Source: Kineococcus radiotolerans SRS30216 = ATCC BAA-149 (GTDB lineage: Bacteria; Actinomycetota; Actinomycetes; Actinomycetales; Kineococcaceae). From it: DNA of 32,000 nt. Position numbers and translations under genes: made by a program. This document shows positions 8,426-15,276 of the stretch, piece by piece. Under the pieces are notes generated by a model. It saw only the letters and a list, made by a program, of their open reading frames with translations, was not told the DNA's origin and ran no database searches. Positions within the stretch are counted from its first letter, which is position 1. The number at the start of each line of letters is the position of its first letter. Location of the stretch: NCBI RefSeq assembly GCF_000017305.1, contig NC_009664.2, positions 1,320,001 through 1,352,000 of the forward strand, written 5' to 3'.

Positions 8426-8947
8426 GTGGTCACCACCCGCCTCATCGACGTCGGCGACGCGGAGCGGCTGGCGCTGCTGCTGCGGGAGAACCGCGACTTC
8501 CTGGCGCCGTACGAACCGCTGCGCGAGGACGCCTGGTTCACGGCCGAGGGCCAGCGCGCCGTCGTCGAGGCGGACCTGCGCGCCCACGAGCAGGGCACCG
8601 GCCTGCCCCACGTCGTCCTCGACGACACGGGCGCCGTCGTCGGCCGCACCACCCTCAACGGCATCGTCCGCGGAGCGTTCCAGTCGTGCAGCATCGGCTA
8701 CTGGGTCGCCCAGGACGCGGGCGGCCGCGGGGTGGCCACCGCCGCGGTGGCGCGCCTGACCGGGCTGGCCTTCGACGAGCTCGGCCTGCACCGGGTGCAG
8801 GCCGAGGTCCTGGTGGACAACGTCCGCTCCCGGCGGGTGCTGGAGCGCAACGGCTTCACCCGCTACGGCCTGGCCCCCCGGTACCTGAGGATCGCCGGCC
8901 GGTGGCAGGACTGCGAGGTGCACCAGCTGCTGGACCCGCGGGCGTGA
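8426..8947 (+). CDS. GNAT acetyltransferase, RimJ/RimL (Acetyltransf_3) type
   Basis: GTG 8426 is preceded by GGGAGA 8 nt upstream. IGYWVAQDAGGRGVATAAVARLTGLAFDELGLHRVQAEVLVDNVRSRRVLERNGFTRYGLAPRYLRIAGRWQDCEVHQLL is the classic RimJ/L-family pattern. Confidence 0.8.
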   Translation: MVTTRLIDVGDAERLALLLRENRDFLAPYEPLREDAWFTAEGQRAVVEADLRAHEQGTGLPHVVLDDTGAVVGRTTLNGIVRGAFQSCSIGYWVAQDAGGRGVATAAVARLTGLAFDELGLHRVQAEVLVDNVRSRRVLERNGFTRYGLAPRYLRIAGRWQDCEVHQLLDPRA

Positions 8948-8996
8948 GGGCGCCGGGCAGCGCCCGCGCCGACGGGGCGGGAGCGCCCCGCCCGGG

Positions 8997-9446
8997 TCAG
9001 GCCCCCACCGGGGCGGGGGTCCGCAGGGCGTCGCGCACCACGGGGTAGAGGTCGCCCCAGCAGCGGACGATCCTGCCGTCGGCGAAGCGGTAGACGACCA
9101 GTTCCTGGACGCTGATCGTGCGGCCGGTGGGGGCGATGCCGCTGAAGGGGCCGGTGTGCGTGCCCCGGCCGGTGAGCCGGGCGACGACCGTGTCCCCCTG
9201 CACCACCCGTTCCTGCAGCTCCCAGCGGTAGTCCGGAAAGCCGACGGCCACCGCCCGCACCCCCTCGACGTAGGCGGCGAGCCCGTCGACGGGCCCGGAC
9301 CCGCTGACCTCCTCGGAGACGAACTCGCCGAGGTCGTCGAAGCGGTGCTCGTTGCAGCACGCGAGGTAGCGCTCGTACACGGCGGCCACGTCCGCGGTTC
9401 CGGTCCCCACCGCGCCATGCAAGCACGGCCCGGTGCCCGTCGCCAC
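8997..9446 (-). CDS. SnoaL-like / predicted ester cyclase family protein
   Basis: VAAVYERYLACCNEHRFDDLGEFVSEEV...FPDYRWELQERVVQGDTVVARLTGRGTHTGPFSGIAPTGRTISVQELVVYRFADGRIVRCWGD is a typical SnoaL_2/ester-cyclase layout. The start is uncertain (GTG 9446 or GTG 9410). Confidence 0.7.
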   Translation of the reverse strand: MATGTGPCLHGAVGTGTADVAAVYERYLACCNEHRFDDLGEFVSEEVSGSGPVDGLAAYVEGVRAVAVGFPDYRWELQERVVQGDTVVARLTGRGTHTGPFSGIAPTGRTISVQELVVYRFADGRIVRCWGDLYPVVRDALRTPAPVGA

Positions 9447-9488
9447 GCCGGGACGCCCGCCGTGGACCCCGCGCCGCGGCGGCGCCGG

Positions 9489-10526
9489 TCAGGCCGAGGG
9501 GACGCCGGCCCCGGTCACGAGAGCGGTCATCAGCTCCATGCCCGCCCGGTCCACCGAGCGCGCGGTGTTGCTCAGCACGACGACCCCGACCCCCAGCTGC
9601 GGCTGGAACCCGGCGAAGGAGAAGAACCCGCCCGTACCGCCGTTGTGCCAGAGCACGGAGTGCTCCGTACCCCGCAGCGGGGTCAGCATCCAGCCCAGGC
9701 ACACCTGCAGCCACCGGTTCGCCCGGAACCGCGGCTGCTGCACCAGCCGCAGGGCGTCGGGCAGCGCGCCGTCCCCGGGTTCGAGGTGGGCGCGCAGGAA
9801 CGCCAGGACGTCGTCCGCCGTGGACCACAGGCCCCCGGCCGGCGCCACCGCGTCCAAGGTCCAGTCGGGCACCGGCCGGCGGCGGGCGGAGTGCCCGGTC
9901 GCCCGGCGGTCCTGCTGGTCGGGACGCACGTCGGCCACCGTGTCCCGCAGCCCCAGGGGGCCGGTGACCTCGTCGGCGACGAGCCGCTCCCAGGAGGTCC
10001 CCGCCCGCCGGGCCAGGGCCTGCCCGAGCAGGGCGACGCCGAAGTTGGAGTAGCGGAACCGCCGCCCGGGACGCGCCCCGGACCGGCACCGGCCGTAACC
10101 CGCGACGAGGTCCTCGGGCGAGAGGCCCCGGTAGGGGTCCGAGCGCTGGCGCAGGCCGCGCAGCAGCACCCCGGGCGGCAGGCGGGGGAGCCCGGAGGAG
10201 TGCGTCGCGAGGTGGGCCGTCGTGATCGCCGGCCGCGGCAGCGGGGAGGACAGCTCGGGGAACGAGGCGTCCACGGGGGTGTCCAGCGCGAGCTCACCCC
10301 GCGTCACCGCCGCCGCGAGGGCCAGGGTGGTGAACACCTTCGTGACGGACCCGATCTGGAACAGGGTGCGCCCGTCCGGGACGGTCCCCGCGCCCCCGGC
10401 GCTGCCCGCGCCGTGCACCGCGGTCTCCCCGCCCCGCACCGCGGCCACCACCAGCCCCCGGTGGCGCCGCGCCTGCGCCTCGGCCGTGCGCCGCACCCGG
10501 TCCGCCAGATCCCCGTCGAGTTCCAC
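9489..10526 (-). CDS. Serine hydrolase, beta-lactamase (class C-related)/esterase family
   Basis: 345 aa. It has the SxxK nucleophile motif FQIGSVTKVFT and family-typical blocks (LATHSSGLPR, YSNFGVALLG, WHNGGTGGF). Confidence 0.85.
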   Translation of the reverse strand: MELDGDLADRVRRTAEAQARRHRGLVVAAVRGGETAVHGAGSAGGAGTVPDGRTLFQIGSVTKVFTTLALAAAVTRGELALDTPVDASFPELSSPLPRPAITTAHLATHSSGLPRLPPGVLLRGLRQRSDPYRGLSPEDLVAGYGRCRSGARPGRRFRYSNFGVALLGQALARRAGTSWERLVADEVTGPLGLRDTVADVRPDQQDRRATGHSARRRPVPDWTLDAVAPAGGLWSTADDVLAFLRAHLEPGDGALPDALRLVQQPRFRANRWLQVCLGWMLTPLRGTEHSVLWHNGGTGGFFSFAGFQPQLGVGVVVLSNTARSVDRAGMELMTALVTGAGVPSA

Positions 10527-10605
10527 GGACCCATCCCAGCAGGGCGGGCCCGGCCGGTCCTCCCCCGTTCGGTGCCTCCCGCATCCGCCGACCGGCGGGC
10601 ACCGG

Positions 10606-10621
10606 CGGGAGGGGCCTCCCG
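10606..10621 (-). terminator. Short stem-loop after the GGDEF-EAL gene
   Basis: cgggag-gggc-ctcccg (6-bp stem), 13 nt downstream of the stop at 10634 on the minus strand. Confidence 0.3.
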
Positions 10622-10633
10622 GGACCGCGACGC

Positions 10634-12961
10634 TCAGGCCGACCCGACCCGCAGGTCCGGCGACGGGTCACCCGCGTCGGCGCCGTCCGCCCCCGGCGAC
10701 GGGACCCCCAGGCGCAGCAGCGGTTCCAGCTCCCCCGGCGGCAGGGCCGCGGACCACAACCAGCCCTGGCCGTGCGTCACGCCCATGCCGTGCAGGACGT
10801 CGCGCTGCGCGGCGGTCTCGACCCCCTCGGCGGTGATGCCCAGGCCCAGGGCGTGGCTGACGGCCACGACGGCGCGCACGACCTCCTCGTCCCGGGCGGA
10901 GCGGCCGATGCCGTTGACGAAGCTGCGGTCGATCTTCACCCGGGTGACGGGGAAGTCGCGCAGGTAGCTCAGCGCGGAGTACCCCGTCCCGAAGTCGTCG
11001 ACGGCCAGGCCGACGCCGAGCCCGCGCAGCCGGTGCAGGACGTCCAGCGTCGCCTCGTCGCCCTCCAGCATCGAGGACTCGGTCAGTTCCAGGACCACGC
11101 AGCGACCCGGCACCCGGTGCGCGTGCAGCAGCCGCGCCAGGTCGTCGGGCAGGGCGGGGTCGAACAGCTGCCGCGGGGAGACGTTCACCGACACGGTGAA
11201 CGCCTGGTCGACGGCCCCGGCCCGGCGCCACTCGGCCAGCTGCGCGAGCGCCCGGTCCAGGACGGAGCGCCCCACCGCGACGATGAGGCCCGCGTCCTCC
11301 AGGACGGGGACGAACACCACCGGGGAGACCGGGCCCACGCCAGGACGGTTCCAGCGGACCAGGGCCTCGACCCCGCGCGGGCGGCCGTCGGCGACGTCGA
11401 CGACCGGCTGGTAGACGACCTCGAACGCGTCGGCGTCCACCGCGTGGCGCAGCGCGACCTCCAGGTCGAGGACGTCGCCGGCGTCGGAGCGCATGGACTC
11501 GTCGAACAGCGCCCACCGGTTGCGGCCCTGGGCCTTCGCCCGGTACATCGCGGCGTCGGCGTCGCGCAGCGCGTCCTCGGCGCCGGTGAGGACGCGGGCC
11601 AGGCCGACCGAGGCGGTCACGACGACCTCCGCGCCCGGCAGCTGCGCGGGCCGCCCGACGGCGTCGAGGACGGCGCGGGCGAGGTCCTCCACCTCGGTCG
11701 CGGTGCCCACCGTGGCCAGGACGAACTCGTCGCCGGACAACCGGCCCACCACCGCCGTGCCGGCGACGGCCCGCAGGCGCCCCGCGGTGGTCCGCAGCAG
11801 CTCGTCGCCCGCCCCGTGGCCCCAGCGGTCGTTGACCCGCTTGAAGCCGTCGAGGTCGCAGAACAGCACCCAGCGGTCGGACCCGGCGGGGACGGGACGG
11901 GCCCGGAGCCCGTCGACGAGCCGGTCGACCTCCTCCCGGTTGGCGAGGTCGGTCAGGGAGTCGTGGCGGGTCCGCCGCTCCAGGACCGCCCGCGCCCGGG
12001 CCTGCCCGTCGACGGCGGAGACCGCGCGGAAGACCAGCAACCCGAACGTGACGGCCAGGGTGGACGCGGAGGCGAGGCCGTGCAGGCGGGGGTGGGTGGT
12101 GGTGGGCCAGGTGACCAGGACGACGACGGCGGCCATCGAGACCGTGAGGGTCACCAGCCGCGGCGGCGACCAGGCGTCGCCGTCGCCGCGGGGGGACGGG
12201 CCGGCGTCGGGGGCCGGCGCGCGGCGGCGCGACTGGGAGGGGTGCACGGCGGCCGCCCCCAGGCACAGGTAGCCCACGGCGTAGAACCCCTGGGCCGCCG
12301 CGGGCGGGAGGACCGCGCCCGCGGCCTCCGCGACGCCGAACCAGGTGTCGCCCACCAGGAGAGCGAGGATGGCCCCGAAGAGCAGCCGGTTGCTGGGACG
12401 GCGGGGGGCGGAGATCAGCAGGTCCGCGACGATCCCCAGGATCACCACGTCGACCATCGGGTACACCCCGGCCAGGACGATCGCCGCCGGGTCCGCACCG
12501 GCCCTCTCCAGGGCGGGCAGGACGAGCAGCCGCAGCGAGGCGAGCGCCCCGGCGCAGGTGAGGACCAGCACGTCGCAGACGACCTCGCGGCGCAGCCCGC
12601 GGTGGGCGCGCAGCAGCGCCCCCAGGGCCAGCAGCAGCAGGGTGAAACCGGTGAGGGAGAACACGTCGCCGAGGCGGGCCGGGACGTCGTCCCGTCCCGC
12701 CGTCCACGCCCGCACGCCCAGCCCGGCGAGGAAGACGAACCCGGACAGGGCCATCGCCCACCACGCCCAGCGCGGCCGGGGGCGGTGCACGACGGCCCCG
12801 ACGACCAGGCCGAGCAGGCCGACGACGCCGCTGGCGGCGAGCACGACGGAGCGCACCCCGTCGCCCACGGGCGCGAGGCAGGTGGTGAACACCGCGAGGA
12901 GGAGCACGACGGTGCCGACGTCGACGGTGCGGTCCACCCGCCGCTGCGTCCTCGTGGTCAC
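10634..12961 (-). CDS. Polytopic membrane sensor with GGDEF (SGDEF variant) and EAL domains (c-di-GMP turnover)
   Basis: This is the 3' part of tracked ORF 10634..14149. GTG 12961 is preceded by GGGGGAGGG. About 8-9 hydrophobic helices are followed by the GGDEF domain (RWGHGAGDELL...GRLSGDEFVLA). The EAL domain follows (VEALVRW, DDFGTGYS, VKIDRSF, ITAEGVET, QGWLWS). Confidence 0.85.
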   Translation of the reverse strand: MTTRTQRRVDRTVDVGTVVLLLAVFTTCLAPVGDGVRSVVLAASGVVGLLGLVVGAVVHRPRPRWAWWAMALSGFVFLAGLGVRAWTAGRDDVPARLGDVFSLTGFTLLLLALGALLRAHRGLRREVVCDVLVLTCAGALASLRLLVLPALERAGADPAAIVLAGVYPMVDVVILGIVADLLISAPRRPSNRLLFGAILALLVGDTWFGVAEAAGAVLPPAAAQGFYAVGYLCLGAAAVHPSQSRRRAPAPDAGPSPRGDGDAWSPPRLVTLTVSMAAVVVLVTWPTTTHPRLHGLASASTLAVTFGLLVFRAVSAVDGQARARAVLERRTRHDSLTDLANREEVDRLVDGLRARPVPAGSDRWVLFCDLDGFKRVNDRWGHGAGDELLRTTAGRLRAVAGTAVVGRLSGDEFVLATVGTATEVEDLARAVLDAVGRPAQLPGAEVVVTASVGLARVLTGAEDALRDADAAMYRAKAQGRNRWALFDESMRSDAGDVLDLEVALRHAVDADAFEVVYQPVVDVADGRPRGVEALVRWNRPGVGPVSPVVFVPVLEDAGLIVAVGRSVLDRALAQLAEWRRAGAVDQAFTVSVNVSPRQLFDPALPDDLARLLHAHRVPGRCVVLELTESSMLEGDEATLDVLHRLRGLGVGLAVDDFGTGYSALSYLRDFPVTRVKIDRSFVNGIGRSARDEEVVRAVVAVSHALGLGITAEGVETAAQRDVLHGMGVTHGQGWLWSAALPPGELEPLLRLGVPSPGADGADAGDPSPDLRVGSA

Positions 12962-13053
12962 GACCCGCCCTCCCCCGGTCCCCGCCGGCGGCGGGGGTGC
13001 TGGGGAGTTCGTCGGCGCGCGCGGCGCTGCGCTTGAACCGGGCGGCGGCGTGC

Positions 13054-13069
13054 CCGCCCCGCGGGGCGG
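13054..13069 (-). terminator. Palindromic GC stem after the USP gene
   Basis: Perfect 16-bp palindrome ccgccccgcggggcgg, 21 nt downstream of the USP stop (13090) on the minus strand. Confidence 0.35.
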
Positions 13070-13089
13070 GTCCCGGTGCCGGGCGGGTC

Positions 13090-14085
13090 TCAGTGCCGGG
13101 CGGGCCGGCGCGCCGGGCGGGCCGGGGCGCCGGCCCGGGCGTGCTCGGCCTGGCGGCGGCGGTGGGCCACCTGCTCGGCGTCGGGGACGACCACGACGGG
13201 GGTGGACGCGTGGTGCAGGACGGCGTGGCTGGTGGAGCCGATGAGGGCGGAGGTCAGGGCGCTGTGCCCGCGGGAGCCGACGACGAGCAGCGCGCAGGCC
13301 GCGGCGGCCTCGAGCAGGACGTCCTCGGGGTGGTCGTCCTCGACGACGGTGCCGCTGACCTCGACGTGCGGTTCCTCCTCGCCCAGCCAGCGCAGGAGGT
13401 CCTCCAGGCGGGCGTGCACCGCGGTCTCGTCCGCGGCGCGGGTCCGGTGCACCTCGGCGGGGTCGAGCCCGAGCGCGAGGTGCGCGGCGCTGCGCCAGAC
13501 CGTCAGGACCCGGACGCGGTCCCCGGTGCGGGCGGCGTGCGCGACGGCCCAGCGGGCGGCGGCGGTGGCCGCGAGGGAGCCGTCGAAGCCGACGACGAGG
13601 TCGCGGGCGCCCTCCGCGGCCGGTCCGCGGACCACGACGACGGGGCAGGTGGCGTGGGAGGCGACGAACAGGCTGGTGGACCCCAGCTGGAAGCCCCCGA
13701 GCAGCCCGGCGCGCAGCCGGCTGCGGCGGCGGGCGCCGGTGACCAGGAGGTCCGCGGAGCGGGCGGCGTCCAGCAGCGCGGTCCGGGGGTGGTCGTGGAC
13801 GAGGGTGGCGCGGACGTCGCCGGGGCCCCCGCCGGGACCGCCGTGCGCGACGGCCTCGCGGGCCGCGGCCAGCTCGCCCCAGGCGGCCTCCTCGAGGTGC
13901 TCCAGGAGCTGCGGCGCGTAGCCGGCGCTCCAGGGGTCCGGGGCGGGGACGAGCTGCACGCCGCGGACGAGCTCGAGGTCGGCGCCGCGCCCGGCGGCGG
14001 TCCGCGCCGCCCACTCCAGCGCGGCGCGGGAGTCGGCGAGGGTGTCGATCCCGACGACCACCCTGCCGTGCACGACCGTGACCAC
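13090..14085 (-). CDS. Tandem universal stress protein (two UspA domains)
   Basis: 331 aa. GTG start preceded by GGGGAGG. There are two repeats of the Usp pattern (VVVGID...ALEWAA...LLVTGARRRS...GSTSLFVASHATCPVVVV and LVVGFDGS...LLVVGSRGHS...GSTSHAVLHHASTPVVVV). Confidence 0.85.
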   Translation of the reverse strand: MVTVVHGRVVVGIDTLADSRAALEWAARTAAGRGADLELVRGVQLVPAPDPWSAGYAPQLLEHLEEAAWGELAAAREAVAHGGPGGGPGDVRATLVHDHPRTALLDAARSADLLVTGARRRSRLRAGLLGGFQLGSTSLFVASHATCPVVVVRGPAAEGARDLVVGFDGSLAATAAARWAVAHAARTGDRVRVLTVWRSAAHLALGLDPAEVHRTRAADETAVHARLEDLLRWLGEEEPHVEVSGTVVEDDHPEDVLLEAAAACALLVVGSRGHSALTSALIGSTSHAVLHHASTPVVVVPDAEQVAHRRRQAEHARAGAPARPARRPARH

Positions 14086-14207
14086 GACCCACCTCCCCGT
14101 CGGACCAGGCTCCGGACCCCACCACTGCGCTGCGTAGGTTTCCGCTCACACTGGGCTAAGCGCGGGCGGGGCGCAAGAGCCGGGGCGGTCCCGGTGGGGC
14201 CGTTCCC

Positions 14208-14232
14208 CCGGCCGGACGGGGCCCGGCCGGGA
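14208..14232 (-). terminator. Stem-loop after the orphan gene 14238..14573
   Basis: 9-bp inverted repeat cccggccgg / ccggccggg with a 7-nt loop, starting 6 nt downstream of the stop on the minus strand. Confidence 0.4.
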
Positions 14233-14237
14233 GGGGC

Positions 14238-14573
14238 TCAGACCAGCCGGCGCTCGGAGTGGTTCAGCCGCACCCGCAGCACACTGGCCACGACGTCGCG
14301 GGAGGCGATGCGCCGGCGCACCCGGCGGCCGTCCTCGACGACGACCACCTCCGGGCAGGTCATGCCCGTCGCCGCGAGCGCGGCCGCGGCCTCGCGGGGG
14401 ATGACGTCGCCGGGGCGCAGGGCCGCGAGCGTCGTCCGGGTCGGGATGGGCAGCGACTGCCACCACGCGATCAGCGCGGGGTCCAGCTCCTGACGGACGT
14501 AGCCCGTGCCGCCCCAGGTGCCCGGGTCGGGGTCGTGCTGGTCGTTCTCCGGCGCCTTCACGTTCTCACTCAC
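14238..14573 (-). CDS. Hypothetical protein (111 aa)
   Basis: GTG start with GGGAGAG about 8 nt upstream. GC3 bias is strong and the composition is not Arg/Pro-dominated. I recognise no family. Confidence 0.6.
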   Translation of the reverse strand: MSENVKAPENDQHDPDPGTWGGTGYVRQELDPALIAWWQSLPIPTRTTLAALRPGDVIPREAAAALAATGMTCPEVVVVEDGRRVRRRIASRDVVASVLRVRLNHSERRLV

Positions 14574-14644
14574 GCCCGTACTCTCCCGGATCCGGGCGCG
14601 CGACGCCTCCGGAACGGGGACGAGGGCGGCGGTGCGCGTGCTCG

Positions 14645-14720
14645 TGGAGCCCCTGGTCGGAATCGAGCCGACGACCTACCGCTTACAAGGCGGTTGCTCT
14701 GGCCACTGAGCTACAGGGGC
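14645..14720 (-). tRNA. tRNA-Thr (anticodon UGU), CCA encoded
   Basis: The reverse complement reads GCCCCTG TA GCTC AGTGGCCA GAGC A ACCGC CTTGTAA GCGGT AGGTC GTCGG CTCGATT CCGAC CAGGGGC T CCA. This is 76 nt and forms a complete cloverleaf with a 7-bp acceptor stem, and the anticodon loop CT-TGT-AA gives anticodon TGT. Confidence 0.93.
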
Positions 14721-14862
14721 GGGTCGTGCGGCGCCGAGTCTGCCACAGCGGCCGCCGGCGGGGCCCTCCGACGGCGCAGCGGTCCGGAGGGCCCGGACGC
14801 ACGACGTGGCGGTCACCGGCGTCGCGCCGGTGCCGCCACGTCCAGGTGCGGAGGGGTCCCCG

Positions 14863-15009
14863 TCACTCGCCGATCTTGCGGTCGGCGACGTCCTCGACCT
14901 TGTCGACCTGCTCGGCGTGGCCGCCGCCGGTCTTGGCGTCGACGGCGTCCCCGGCCTTCTCGATCCCGGCGTCGCTGGCCTTCTCGGTGATGTTCCCGAA
15001 GTCGGGCAT
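14863..15009 (-). CDS. MT0933/Rv0909-like small protein (so-called antitoxin family), 48 aa
   Basis: These are the terminal 48 codons of the otherwise spurious ORF 14863..17805. ATG 15009 is preceded by GAGGAG. IEKAGDAVDAKTGGGHAEQVDKVED resembles the IDKAGDxVDxKTGGKY core of the MT0933-like family. It is locally lower in GC than its surroundings. Confidence 0.7.
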   Translation of the reverse strand: MPDFGNITEKASDAGIEKAGDAVDAKTGGGHAEQVDKVEDVADRKIGE

Positions 15010-15188
15010 GTGCTGCTCCTCGGCTCGTCTGGGTGGGCGGTCCGCCGACCCGGGTTCGTCCCGGGCCGGGCTTCCCGGGCCCGAGCCTCCCCCGCTCCCC
15101 GCGGGTCCGCCACTCGGGGCGGGAGGCGGGCGGAGGACGGTCCCGGGCCCGGGCCGTCCGGCTGGGTTAGGCTCCCGGTCAGGACGGC

Positions 15189-15235
15189 GTCCCCGACGCG
15201 CCGGTCCCCCGACGCGCCGGTCCCCCCGACGCAGG
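15189..15235 (+). repeat. Tandem 15/16-nt direct repeat with a growing C-tract
   Basis: gtCCCCgacgcgccg / gtCCCCCgacgcgccg / gtCCCCCCgacgcagg. The C-run is 4, then 5, then 6. The unit length is not a multiple of 3. It lies between the divergent MT0933-like gene and the PP2C gene start. Confidence 0.7.
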
Positions 15236-15276
15236 ACCTCCGGAGGGACCCGCTGAGAACCGACGCCGCCGCCCGG

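Noticed and set aside
8160-8947. Small ORF followed by a GNAT as a possible GNAT-type toxin-antitoxin pair (TacAT/KacAT-like layout)
   Set aside because: The GNAT has the RimJ/RimL (Acetyltransf_3) signature rather than the tRNA-acetylating toxin type. The 70-aa ORF shows no RHH/DUF1778-like features, and the 53-nt gap gives no coupling.
10772-14493. ORFs 10772..13036 (+, 754 aa), 10668..12764 (-, 698 aa) and 12997..14493 (+, 498 aa)
   Set aside because: They are antisense or off-frame to the GGDEF-EAL and USP genes, with low-complexity Arg/Gly/Pro/Asp composition and no motifs.
14238-14720. tRNA-Thr as an integration site for a genomic island, with the orphan gene next to the tRNA 3' end
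   Set aside because: There is no integrase, no recognisable direct repeat of the tRNA 3' half, and no compositional break in the flanking sequence that I could see. The neighbours are ordinary housekeeping or signalling genes.
15253-15255. CTG at 15253 with an excellent SD as the annotated start of the PP2C gene
   Set aside because: CTG initiation is rare, so the annotated coordinates use the first canonical codon (GTG 15277). The CTG option is kept as an open alternative in the finding.
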